From Spirochaetia bacterium (lineage in GTDB: Bacteria; Spirochaetota; Spirochaetia; SZUA-6; Bin103), in contig CBDBDQ010000005.1 in NCBI GenBank assembly GCA_965203905.1, forward strand, positions 2,592,001 to 2,656,000: a stretch of 64,000 bases of DNA, in the 5' to 3' direction. Below, one piece after another: positions 19,850-29,637 of this stretch; the stretch's first letter is position 1; each line of letters starts with the position of its first letter. The notes under the pieces were generated by a model that did not search any database, had not been told where the DNA came from, and saw only the letters and a program-made list of their open reading frames with translations. The translations under genes were made by a program, and so were the position numbers.

Positions 19850-20611
19850 TCACTGAGGATTGGCCCGCTTGCCACGTCGGAGCAGGCGGCGCGCGCAGGC
19901 CACGTCCATCTGGCCCGCTTCGGAGAGCGTGGTGGCGATCGCGGGCACCTCCGCGTCGCGGGCGCCCGCCTCGAACGCCAGACGCTCGGCGTGCAGTCGC
20001 ATGTGGCCATGCTGGATGCCCTCGGTCACCAGTGCCCGCAGCGCCAGTCGGCTCACCGGATGCAGGCCGCGACGCCGCCCACCGTAGCGAGTGGCAGCGG
20101 ACACTCCAGCCGGCAAAGCAGGACGCTGTCGGCGAACCGGTAGCTGGTGAGCGGGGCATAGGCGGCGCCGGAGGCGGCCCAGTCGTGGGGAGGCGGCCTC
20201 GATCGCGCGGGTGTCGTTGCCGGTGGCCTGGGTGAGCGCGGCGATGCCGTTCAGCACGCCCTTCTTGTGGGTGACGGCACGGTCATGGTCCGCGGCCGCG
20301 GCGCTGGAGCCCAGTGCCAGCTTGCCGTGCGGTCCACTGAAGGCGCTGGAGTCGACCTCGATGGTGCCCGACGGTGCCCGGCACTCTCGTAGCAGCGCGG
20401 AGAGCAAGGTGGAGTCGGATCCCGCGGGCGACCAAGTAAAGCTCTGCGCGCCCATACGCCCCACGATTCGCGGCGGACGGTCCGCATCGCAGGTGGCAAG
20501 CACCTCCGGCAGTACCCCGAGCGCAATGCCCGGTGCGTCCGGCTCGGTTACGGCGTATTCCCCGAGCAACAGCACGTTGTCCGGCGCCGCCACGAACCGG
20601 CCGTCAGTCAA
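19850..20611 (-). pseudogene. Chimera 1: PMK N-terminus fused to 3' fragments of HMG-CoA reductase
   Basis: LLLGEYAV...LGSSAAA is joined to DHDRAVTHKKGVLNG...EGIQHGHMRLHA, with frameshifts. Confidence 0.85.
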
Positions 20612-21569
20612 CGATGCAGGGTCCGGGACCGGGGGCGGTCTCGATCAGGTCGTGGGTAGCCAGGTCTGCCCCGGTCAGCAGAGCGGCACGGATTCGATCC
20701 ACGTCGTTCGCCAGGCAGGCGATCTTGACCTGCGGTCCGGCATCCATGGTCTCCCAGGCGCCGACCCCCGCCGCACGCAGCTCATCGAGCACTTCCAGCA
20801 CCCGCAGCGACTGTGGCAGCAGGTAGTTGATGGGAGGATCGGCGGCCAACATGGTGCCGAACATGCGCAGGTAGCTGGCTCGCATGTGCGGGCCGAGCCG
20901 CTCCAGGTCGCGGGCCCTTACCGCCTCCAGCGCCGCCTGGAAGGTGGTGGGGGAGGTCGCCACCCACGCCGGGTAGTAGGGGGAGGTGGCGGCGACGTGC
21001 AGCATCGCGTCGCGCGACGGCATCGGCTTGCGGCGGCGCGAAGTGACCGCCACCAGCAACCGCAGCGCCGGCCAATGATCCTCCGGGAATGCGCCACCGG
21101 CGCACTCGGACCCGGCTTCGAGCGTGCTGAAGCCGCCCCACAGGGCGCGCGCGGCCGACGCCGAGCCGACCCGGGCCAGAGCCGAAAGGCGTTCGCGAGA
21201 GAGTTCCCCGCCGGCCAGCGCGGCGCAGCCCAGCGCCAGCGCCGCGAACAGCGACGCCGAGCCGGCCAGGCCCGCGGCACCGGGAAAGTTGTTGCTTGCG
21301 TCGGCCCGGTAGCGGGTGGCGACGCCCAGCGTGGCCCGCGCAGCGTCGAAGAACGGCGCGTGCCGTGCTGCCGGCACCACCGTACCGTCGACACTCAGGC
21401 GGTCGCTGCCGGAACCCTCCTGCAGGCACACCTCGGTGTACAGGCCGGTGACGGTCACCGCCAGGCTGGAAGTAGCCGGCAGGTTGCGCTCGGCGTCGCT
21501 CTTTCCCCAGTACTTCACCAACGCCAGCGACGGCGCCGCCCGCACCAGGACGTTCCGCACGCCACCCAC
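20604..21569 (-). CDS. mvaD: Diphosphomevalonate decarboxylase
   Basis: LALVKYWGK, NNFPGAAGLAGSAS, GSASAAR, TMDAGPQVK. Confidence 0.92.
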   Translation of the reverse strand: MGGVRNVLVRAAPSLALVKYWGKSDAERNLPATSSLAVTVTGLYTEVCLQEGSGSDRLSVDGTVVPAARHAPFFDAARATLGVATRYRADASNNFPGAAGLAGSASLFAALALGCAALAGGELSRERLSALARVGSASAARALWGGFSTLEAGSECAGGAFPEDHWPALRLLVAVTSRRRKPMPSRDAMLHVAATSPYYPAWVATSPTTFQAALEAVRARDLERLGPHMRASYLRMFGTMLAADPPINYLLPQSLRVLEVLDELRAAGVGAWETMDAGPQVKIACLANDVDRIRAALLTGADLATHDLIETAPGPGPCIVD

Positions 21570-21792
21570 CGCTAAGCGCAGCCGCCAAGCGCGGATCTCT
21601 TGCTGGAATCCAACATGCGCGGCGTCATTCTGCCACTACTGAATTGCGCAATTCAAACGCAAGTTCAGGCGTCATCGCTTGCAGAGCGTCGTTGGTTCGG
21701 CAGGTTGCAGTATCATTACACTTCGAGAGTGCGGCCAAGCGATTCGGGATACCCGTGCTCTCGCCCCAGCAGGCCCTGAGGAGGATATCCGA

Positions 21793-22044
21793 TTGAAGAA
21801 GCAGATCAGTACCTTCCCGCTACGGCTGCCCGCATCGCTCAAGGCGACCGTCGCCGCAATCAGTCGCGAGGAAGGAACGAGCATCAACCAGTTCGTGGCG
21901 ATGGCGGTCGCCGAAAAGGTTTCGGCCATGAAGACGGCGGATTTCTTTGCCCAGCGTCGCGGCGACGCCGATATCGAAGCGGCGCGACGCCTGCTTCGAC
22001 GTACCGGAGGATCACCTCCGAGCCCCGAAGACCGTAAGCCGTAG
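21793..22044 (+). CDS. HicB-like ribbon-helix-helix antitoxin (no adjacent toxin seen)
   Basis: FPLRLPASLK..EEGTSINQFVAMAVAEK; TTG start after GGAGG. Confidence 0.7.
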   Translation: MKKQISTFPLRLPASLKATVAAISREEGTSINQFVAMAVAEKVSAMKTADFFAQRRGDADIEAARRLLRRTGGSPPSPEDRKP

Positions 22045-22720
22045 CGCCTCAGGCCGGCTGCGTGGCGCGCCGGCGTCGAATGCCAGACGCTCGGCGTGCA
22101 GGCGCATGTGGCCGTGCTGGACGCCCTGGTCACCAGTGCCCGCAGCGCCGCCAGGTTCTGCGCCAGCCTGACTGCGGCGCGCAATGGCTGCCAGCCTGCG
22201 GCTGTCCGGGTTGCCGAGCATGCGCAGTGCCAACCGGCTCACCGGGTGCAGGCCGACGGCGGCCCAGCCGTGGGCGGCCGCCTCCACAGCGCGGGTGTCG
22301 TTGCCGGTAGCCTGGGTGAGCGCGGCGATGCCGTTCAGCACGCCCTTGTTGTGGGTGACGGCGCGGTCATGGTCGGCGGCCGCGATCGCGGCAGCACGCA
22401 CGATGCGCTGGGCCACTTCGGCGCCGGAGTGGCCACCGCGCGCCAGGCGGCCGCAGCCAGCGGAGCAACTCGCCGCGGCGCGGATTGCGACGCAGCACCC
22501 GGTTGCATCGCTCGCGGCAACGAACTGCTCCACCGTGTCTCGCGAGCGCCTCCGGAAGTCGGCGGCCAGCACCGTTGCGCGCCGGCACCACTGTTCGTAC
22601 CGGGCGACGGCGCCCGGCGTCGCCAGGGGCCTGGTGATGGTGCCCGACGGTGCCCCGCACTCTCGTACCAGCGCGGAGAGCAAGGCGGAGGCGGATCCCT
22701 GCGGGCGACCAAGTAAAGCT
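22040..22720 (-). pseudogene. Chimera 2: PMK internal fragments fused to HMG-CoA reductase 3' fragments
   Basis: ECGAPSGTI / RPLATPGAVARY (PMK) followed by AEVAQRIV..THNKGVLNG..HGHMRLHAE (MvaA). Confidence 0.8.
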
Positions 22721-23545
22721 CATCGCTTGCGCGACAGCGAGTCGGACCTGCTGTTTGCCGTGCAGCGGAAGGCGGGAGGCGAGCCGGCGTGGCTGTACGT
22801 GCTGCTGGAGCACCAGTCGACGCCGGACCGGTGGCTGCGGCTGCGCCTGTTGAAGTACAGCATCCGGATCTGGGAACGGGATCGGAGGCAGCATCGGAAC
22901 GAGAAGCGACTGCGGCCGATCGTGCCGGTGGTGCTGTATCAGGGCGGGCGGCGCTGGCGATATGCGCGGGAATTCTCGGCGCTGTTTGGGGTGGAGGTGC
23001 GGGAGTGGTCGGGAGTGCCGCACTACGCGCACCTGCTGATCGACCAGACGAAGGCCGGGCAGGAAGAGTTGCGGGGCGAGTTGCACGGTCGCATCGCGCA
23101 ACTGGCGATGATGGCGGCGTACCGGGCGAGCTGGGCGCCGCTGCAGCGGCTGGTGCCGTTGCTGGAGGAGTTGGGGCAGGCGGGCAGGAACGACGACTTG
23201 GAGCAGATCGTGGTGTACATTGCGACGACGGTGCGGGAACCGGAGCGCTGGCGCAGATTCAGCGACGCCGTGAGTCGAGTGGTGCCGGGAGGAGCAGAAC
23301 TGATGAACAAGACCAAGGAGATGCTTGAGATCTACGGTGAGGTCGTGAAGGAGGAGGCTCTTCAGGCGGGGCGTCAGGAAGGTGTGCTGATCACGCAGGT
23401 TCGAACCATCGAGGGCCTGATGGGGCGAGACGTTCCCTGGTCCACCATCGAAGCGGCCACCGGAATCGATGAGACCGCGTTCCGCCGGCTCAAGCATCAG
23501 CTCGAGACCGGAGGCGACCGCACCAGCCACCCCGCTGCGACGTAG
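22720..23545 (+). pseudogene. Rpn family (PD-(D/E)xK, Transposase_31) nuclease/putative transposase, 5'-truncated
   Basis: LRDSESDLLF, YVLLEHQS, RLLKY, IVPVVLYQG, C-terminal GRQEG; no native start, abuts chimera 2. Confidence 0.8.
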
Positions 23546-23591
23546 CGGAGGATCACCTCCGCACCGCGAAGACCGTGTGCCGTAGCGCCTC
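23546..23591 (+). repeat. Diverged duplicate of the antitoxin 3' end / mvaA junction (other copy about 22005-22051)
   Basis: CGGAGGATCACCTCCG..GAAGACCGT..GCCGTAGCGCCTCA occurs at both sites. Confidence 0.8.
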
Positions 23592-24870
23592 ACGCCGGCT
23601 GCGTGGCGCGCCGGCTGCGCAGGAGTTGGCGGGCGGTGGCGACGTCCATGTGCTTTGCCTGCGCCAGCGCGGCGGCGATCTCGGCGATCTCGGCGCCGCG
23701 GGCGCCGGCATCGAATGCCAGACGCTCGGCGTGCAGGCGCATGTGGCCGTGCTGGATGCCCTCGGTCACCAGTGCCCGTAGCGCCGCCAGGTTCTGCGCC
23801 AGCCCGACTGCGGCCGCAATGGCTGCCAGCCGGCGGCTGTCCGGGTTGCCGAGCATGCGCAGTGCCAACCGGCTCACCGGGTGCAGGCCGACGGCGCCGC
23901 CCACGGTGCCGAGCGGCAGCGGGCACTCCAGGCGGCAGTGCAGGGCGTCGGCGGCGACGTGGTAACGGGTAAGGGGTGCGTAGCCGGCGCCGGCGGCCCA
24001 GCCGTGGGCGGCCGCCTCCACAGCGCGGGTGTCGTTGCCGGTGGCCTGGGCGAGCGCGGCGATGCCGTTCAGCACCCCCTTGTTGTGGGTGACGGCACGG
24101 TCGTGGTCGGCGGCGGCGATGGCGGCGGCGCGCACGATGCGTTGCGCCACTTCGGCGCCGGAGTAGCCGTCACGCGCCAGGCGGGCGCACGCCACCTGAC
24201 CGGTGGCGCGCACCAGAGCGCGACGGCTGGCATTGGTGACGATCGCCATCAGCAGGCGGCCGCCGGTGAGCCGTTCCAGCAGTGCCCGTGCCGCCTCGCC
24301 CGCGGTGTTGACCTTGTTCGCTCCCATGGCGTCGCGCACGTCGACGTCGATCTCCACCTTGAGCGTACCCCCGATCCGCTGCACCGCCAGCGCGCGAAAG
24401 CCGCCCCCGCGCCGCACCAGGGTGGCCACGGCGGCGTCCACCAGGGCCGCTATCTCGGCCTGGGCGCCGCGCACCGCGGTCTCCGCATCGTCCCGCGGCC
24501 GCTCGAGGAAGAGCTGGACGGTGGCGATCGGAGGGTCGGCCTCGGTGCGAATGCCGGCGCCGTCGTGGCCGTCAGCCAGCAGCCGCGCAGCGTAGCTGGC
24601 CGCCGCTACCACCGATGCCTCCTCGGTGGCGAGCGGGACTACCAGTTCCTGGCCGTCGACGCGGAAACCGGTGGCGAGCCCCAGCGGAATCGGGAATGCG
24701 CCCACCGCGTTCTCTACCAGGAGATCCGCCAGGGAGCTGGTTTCGGCATCGCCGGTGAGCCCCGGCGGGAGCTCGCTGCCCAGGGCGGCGGCAAGCGCGG
24801 CGCGTCGTTCCGCCAGCGGCAGGCGACGGAAACCGCGCGGCAGGACGATCGGAGACGTCGCCTCGTTCAC
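23590..24870 (-). CDS. mvaA: Class II HMG-CoA reductase
   Basis: ENAVG, ATEEASVVAA, DAMGAN, THNKG, GNDTRA, EGIQHGHM. Confidence 0.93.
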   Translation of the reverse strand: MNEATSPIVLPRGFRRLPLAERRAALAAALGSELPPGLTGDAETSSLADLLVENAVGAFPIPLGLATGFRVDGQELVVPLATEEASVVAAASYAARLLADGHDGAGIRTEADPPIATVQLFLERPRDDAETAVRGAQAEIAALVDAAVATLVRRGGGFRALAVQRIGGTLKVEIDVDVRDAMGANKVNTAGEAARALLERLTGGRLLMAIVTNASRRALVRATGQVACARLARDGYSGAEVAQRIVRAAAIAAADHDRAVTHNKGVLNGIAALAQATGNDTRAVEAAAHGWAAGAGYAPLTRYHVAADALHCRLECPLPLGTVGGAVGLHPVSRLALRMLGNPDSRRLAAIAAAVGLAQNLAALRALVTEGIQHGHMRLHAERLAFDAGARGAEIAEIAAALAQAKHMDVATARQLLRSRRATQPA

Positions 24871-24986
24871 CGGATCAATTGGTCACACGAAGCCGAACGC
24901 GCCGTGGTGATCGCGGCGGGCGACGCGGCCCGGCTGGCAGTCGCCGTCGACGAAGTTGCCGTGGCCACGGAGCTGCAGCGGCAGAG

Positions 24987-26342
24987 TCAGGACGCGGCCA
25001 GCGCCGCCGCAACCGGCAAATCCCCTTCCAACGAAAGGGGTCGCGCGCGCGTTACTTCCACGGCAACGTGCGTGCCGACCAGGTCGGTCGGGCCGGCGAA
25101 GCGTACCGGAACCCGGCCCTCGGTGCGGCCGATGAGCAGCCCCGGCTTGCGGTCCTCAGCTTCCACCAGCACCTCCACCGTGCGTCCCTCCCAGCCCCGG
25201 TTGTGGCGCAGGGCGGTCTCCTGCAGCACCTCGGACAGTACCTGCAGCCGGCGCTTCTTCTCGGCCAGTGGGACGTCGTCCGGCCAGCGTGCCGCCGCCG
25301 CCCCCGGCCGCGGCGAATACATGGCGATGTAGGCCATGTCGAAGCCGAATTCCTCCATCGCCAGCCGGGTGCGCTCGAACTGTTCCTCGGTCTCACCGCA
25401 GAAGCCGACGATGATGTCCGTGAACAGGGTCGCCGCAGGCAGAATCGTGCGGATGTTTTCCACTACTGCCCGGTACTGGTCGAGACGGTGGTTGCGGTTC
25501 ATGCGGATCAGCACCTTGTCGTCGGCCGACTGCATCGGCAGGTGGATCTGCTTGGCCAGCGAGTCGTGCTCGGCAATGCGTTCCAGCACGGCCGGCGACA
25601 TGTCCGCCGGATGCGGCGAGGTGAAATACACCCACACCTTCTGCGCGGCGGCGTCGCACAGTCTCCCCACCTCCCCGAGCAGAGCGGCGAAGGTGGGTTC
25701 GGCCCCCGGCCGATCCCGTCCGTAGGAGTTCACGTTCTGGCCCAGCAGGGTGATGCTGCGGTAGCCGCGCGCGAGCAACGCCTCCACCTCGCGCAGCACG
25801 TCGGCGGCCGGCCGCGACACCTCGCGCCCGCGGGTATAGGGCACGGCGCAGAAGGTGCAGAACTTGTCGCAGCCGTTCTGGATCGGGACGTAGGCGGCGT
25901 GGTCCGACCGGTAACGCGGGGTAATCCCCCAGAACCGGTCGCCGTGGTTGAGCGTCACCGAGCGCCCCGGCTGCAGCGCGGAGTCGATCGCCGCGGGAGT
26001 GACCACTCCGGAGGTGCGGATCATCTCCGGGAGCTGCGGCAGGTCGTCGATGCGGAACACCAGGTCGAACAGGCGCAGGAACTTGGCCTCGTCTTCGGGC
26101 AGGATGCAACCGGACACGAAGGTGAGCAGCGGCCGTTGCGCCTTCCACCGGTTCCACTGGTGGATGCGGCCGTAGACGCGGTCAATTGCCTTCTGGCGCA
26201 CCGAGCATGCCACTACCCCGAGCAGGTCGGCCTGCGCCTCGGAAGGTGCCTCGGCGAAGCCGACACCCTCCAGCACCGACGCGATCCGCTCCGCGTCGGA
26301 GGTATTCATCTGGCAGCCCAGGGACAGCAGCCGGTAGGTCAT
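24987..26342 (-). CDS. miaB: tRNA i6A37 methylthiotransferase MiaB
   Basis: GCQMN, CSVR, CDKFCTFC radical SAM motif, TRAM domain; ATG at 26342. Confidence 0.92.
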   Translation of the reverse strand: MTYRLLSLGCQMNTSDAERIASVLEGVGFAEAPSEAQADLLGVVACSVRQKAIDRVYGRIHQWNRWKAQRPLLTFVSGCILPEDEAKFLRLFDLVFRIDDLPQLPEMIRTSGVVTPAAIDSALQPGRSVTLNHGDRFWGITPRYRSDHAAYVPIQNGCDKFCTFCAVPYTRGREVSRPAADVLREVEALLARGYRSITLLGQNVNSYGRDRPGAEPTFAALLGEVGRLCDAAAQKVWVYFTSPHPADMSPAVLERIAEHDSLAKQIHLPMQSADDKVLIRMNRNHRLDQYRAVVENIRTILPAATLFTDIIVGFCGETEEQFERTRLAMEEFGFDMAYIAMYSPRPGAAAARWPDDVPLAEKKRRLQVLSEVLQETALRHNRGWEGRTVEVLVEAEDRKPGLLIGRTEGRVPVRFAGPTDLVGTHVAVEVTRARPLSLEGDLPVAAALAAS

Positions 26343-26460
26343 CGCGACCGGTAATGTACTGCGCCGCCGCGGTTTTGGTAAGCCCGCACGGGTCGTGGCG
26401 AGCCTGGAACGAGGCCACGAATTCGGTATATTGCTGACTCGGGGCGAGGGACGAGGGACG

Positions 26461-27801
26461 ATGGCGAGCAACATCCTGGATTCGATAGACCGGCTCAAGC
26501 AGGAGCTCGACGAGTTGCGGCCGCTGCCGCCGGAGGTTACCGGCCGGGTGGAGCAGAAGCTGAGGATCGAGTCCAACTACCACTCCAATGCACTCGAGGG
26601 AAATACCCTTACGCTCGGCGAGACCCGCAGCCTGGTACTGCACGGCCTCACGGCGCGCGGCAAGCCGATGCGCGAGCACCTCGACATCGAAGGCTACGAC
26701 CGCGCGGTCAAGGAACTCTCACGGAGGGCGAGCGAAGACCAGCGGCTGAACGAGACGTTCATCCTCAATCTGCATCGGGTGCTGTTGAAGGAACCGTACG
26801 AAGTGGAAACATCCGCTCCAGACGGCAGAAACACGAGACGGCCCATCGCCATCGGCGCGTACAAGACCACGCCCAACAACATCGTGACCTCCACCGGGGA
26901 GACCTACTACTTCACGCCGCCCGAACAGGTGCCGCGGTCAATGAGCGCCCTGCTCGACTGGTACCATGCGCGAGAAGACGAGGGCGAGCATCCGATCATC
27001 ATCGCGGCAATCTTTCACTACCGCTTCGTCCGAATCCATCCGTTCGACGACGGCAACGGCCGCATGGCGCGCCTGCTGATGAACCGGATCCTGCTCGACC
27101 ACGGCTACCCCTTGGCGATCGTGCGGAGGGACGCCCGCGACCGCTACCTGCAGGAGCTGGAGCGGGCCGACCAGACCGAGGATCCCGGCCAGTTCATCGA
27201 CTACATCGCATCCTGCTGCGAATACCCGCTGAATCTCTACCTGCGCGCCGCCCGCGGCGAGTCGATCGAGGACAGCGATGAGATCGATCGCGACATAGCC
27301 CGGTTCCGGCAGGCGCTGGTGGCAGGGACGGGAGCGCACGATCAAGTGGACCTCCGGCACTACATGGCGGCGGTGGTGCTGCCGTTCCATGCCTACTGTC
27401 GTACGAAGTTTCGCGCCCTCACTGCGGACCTGTTCAGCCCGGGCGGGGATACGCCGCCACGGGTCACCGGCCGCAACGCCGACGGGCGCAACTTTCGCCT
27501 CGCTCGCGTCAGCGAAGCCGACAAGGTGCCGCAACGAGCTTCAGACGTAGCCATCGAATTCGGTTTCTCATCCGTGGATTTTCAAAATACCGATTGGACG
27601 ATCAGCACGGTCATCAAGAACACCGTGAGGAGAGGCGAGTACAACTGGGAGCTGATGATCTTCTATGTTGCGCCGGCCGCGGACGACTTCGCGATTCGGT
27701 TGGACAGCGATGATCCGGACGAGTTGAAGACGGCGTTCAACCGGCTGCTGCGAGACATGATGGGGACCATGAAGCTGTGGGATTCCCAGTCCAAGAACTG
27801 A
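26461..27801 (+). CDS. Fic family AMPylase with N-terminal autoinhibitory motif and C-terminal extension
   Basis: HPFDDGNGRMAR; SNALEGN inhibitory motif. Confidence 0.9.
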   Translation: MASNILDSIDRLKQELDELRPLPPEVTGRVEQKLRIESNYHSNALEGNTLTLGETRSLVLHGLTARGKPMREHLDIEGYDRAVKELSRRASEDQRLNETFILNLHRVLLKEPYEVETSAPDGRNTRRPIAIGAYKTTPNNIVTSTGETYYFTPPEQVPRSMSALLDWYHAREDEGEHPIIIAAIFHYRFVRIHPFDDGNGRMARLLMNRILLDHGYPLAIVRRDARDRYLQELERADQTEDPGQFIDYIASCCEYPLNLYLRAARGESIEDSDEIDRDIARFRQALVAGTGAHDQVDLRHYMAAVVLPFHAYCRTKFRALTADLFSPGGDTPPRVTGRNADGRNFRLARVSEADKVPQRASDVAIEFGFSSVDFQNTDWTISTVIKNTVRRGEYNWELMIFYVAPAADDFAIRLDSDDPDELKTAFNRLLRDMMGTMKLWDSQSKN

Positions 27802-27842
27802 CCGCGCACCGTAATCGCAAGCCTCAGCCCGGCGGCCGAGCC

Positions 27843-29000
27843 TTACTGCGCCAGCGCCCCTTGACCGAGGCGCCGTACGAAGTCGGCGGCGGGGATTATG
27901 TCGATACCGTCCTCGGTGCGGCGGGCGCTTGGCTCCAGACAGACGACGATGCGCAGGCGTACACCGGGATGCTCCTCAAGCAGCGTGCGCAGCCCGCGCA
28001 GATGATCACGGGTGATGCGGGCACTAGCCTTTGCCTCCATAGCAACCTCCATGTCGCCGAGCACGAAGTCCACCTCGATGCCGCTCGGCAGTCGCCAGTA
28101 GGTGAGTTCGAGGTCCCACTCCTGGTACTCGATGCAGGCGGACAGCTCGTGAAAGACCCAGTTCTCGAACGCCTTCCCGTAGAGCTGCGCTCCCGGGGCC
28201 AACTCGCCGCGACGGCTCAGACGGTTCACCACCCCGACGTCGGCGAAGTAGAACTTCGGAGCACCGATCAGGCGGCGCTTGCGGCGCCGGCGGTACGCGC
28301 TCAGCCAGCGACCGAGCAAGCTGTCGACCAGGATTTCGAAGTAGGCCTTGGCGGTGGGGCTGGACACGCCGCACTCGCGTGCGATGTTGGAGAAGTTGAC
28401 CATCTCTCCATCGCTGAGCGCGGCAGCATCCAGGAACCCGGAGAACGCCGGCAGATTGCGCACCAGCCCCTCCGCCGCGACCTCTTCGCGCAGGTAATCG
28501 GCGACGTAGGCGTCGAGCAGGCGGCGCGGACGGGCGGCCTGGTAGATGCGCGGCAGGTAGCCGTGGTTCAGCATCCGATTCAGGTCGAAGGCCGTGCCCA
28601 ACTCGCCGGCGGTGAAGCCGCGCAGCTCGTAGCGCACGGCCCTTCCCCCGAGCAGATTGGCCGCGCCACGGCGCACCTTGCGGGCGCTTGAACCGCACAA
28701 TGCGAACTGAAATCCGCGATTCTCGATCAGCCAGTGCACCTCGTCGAGCAGCGCGGGCACCTTCTGAACCTCGTCGATGACGACCTGTCGTCCGGCAGGC
28801 GCGGTCGCCGATGCCAATTCCTGGCGCAGGTACTCGGGATGCTCGAGATAGCGCCGGAACACGTCGCTTTGCAGCAGATCGACCCAGTGCGCATCGGGGT
28901 AGCTCTGCCGGAGCAGCGTGCTCTTGCCAGCCTGCCGCGGCCCCCACAGAAAGAAGCTCTCGCTTCCAGCCGTCGGCAGCAGCAGGGATCTGTTGAACAT
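27843..29000 (-). CDS. AAA_14 ATPase with DUF4143 domain
   Basis: GPRQAGKST, IDEVQK, CGSS, KFYFAD, EVDF..EAK. Confidence 0.9.
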   Translation of the reverse strand: MFNRSLLLPTAGSESFFLWGPRQAGKSTLLRQSYPDAHWVDLLQSDVFRRYLEHPEYLRQELASATAPAGRQVVIDEVQKVPALLDEVHWLIENRGFQFALCGSSARKVRRGAANLLGGRAVRYELRGFTAGELGTAFDLNRMLNHGYLPRIYQAARPRRLLDAYVADYLREEVAAEGLVRNLPAFSGFLDAAALSDGEMVNFSNIARECGVSSPTAKAYFEILVDSLLGRWLSAYRRRRKRRLIGAPKFYFADVGVVNRLSRRGELAPGAQLYGKAFENWVFHELSACIEYQEWDLELTYWRLPSGIEVDFVLGDMEVAMEAKASARITRDHLRGLRTLLEEHPGVRLRIVVCLEPSARRTEDGIDIIPAADFVRRLGQGALAQ

Positions 29001-29053
29001 GAGATTTAATATATCATGATGATTTGAATGATTACATTAAACTCGACAGGACG

Positions 29054-29401
29054 CTACCTGATGTAGTAGCCGGACACCCGCCAGGCGTCGCGGTCCCACA
29101 TGGCGGTGACGGTCTCAACCGCCGCCTGCTTGTGGGCGTAGGCTGCGGCAAAAGCGAGCACCCAGTAGCGGCCGTCGGGAGCGCCGGGAAGGGTGTCGTG
29201 ATGCTCGGCGGCAGTCAGGGAGCGAGAGTCCAGTTCACCCATCGGACCGAGCGCGGCTCGGAGGGCCTGCGCAAGTTGATCTTCCGTCACGGCGCCGCGC
29301 ATCAGCTCGGCCGCGCTCGACCAACAAGCCGGGTAGTCGCCGGCATCGAGCAGCGCGAGCCACTCGCGTGCGGCTCCCAGCGCCTCGTCTCGCTCAGTCA
29401 T
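29054..29401 (-). CDS. DUF4019 domain protein
   Basis: WLALLDAGDY, LPGAPDGRY, ETVT, WRVSGYYIR. Confidence 0.8.
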   Translation of the reverse strand: MTERDEALGAAREWLALLDAGDYPACWSSAAELMRGAVTEDQLAQALRAALGPMGELDSRSLTAAEHHDTLPGAPDGRYWVLAFAAAYAHKQAAVETVTAMWDRDAWRVSGYYIR

Positions 29402-29637
29402 TCGAGCCCCGGGGTCGGGCGCGCGCAGGTCATCCTCATCCCACAGCAGTGTACTCGATAACCCCGCTGTATCACGCAAGCAATGCCACGCGAGGACCCA
29501 GCGCAGATGCCGACGAAAATCTCGACTCTGGCGGTGGCCGCGGCGACCCGCGACGCATATATTGATCGTTCGTTCCAGACTGAGGGCTCCGCACGGGGCA
29601 ATCACGGACGGCCAACGCAACAGCAAGGAGCAGCCCG

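Noticed and set aside
17078-22720. Diversity-generating retroelement or programmed cassette shuffling as the cause of the mevalonate repeats
   Set aside because: No reverse transcriptase or site-specific recombinase in the window, and the differences are not adenine-specific; decay after amplification is simpler
29001-29044. AT-rich imperfect inverted repeat before the AAA-DUF4143 gene
   Set aside because: Consistent with a routine promoter or autoregulatory site and too imperfect to call
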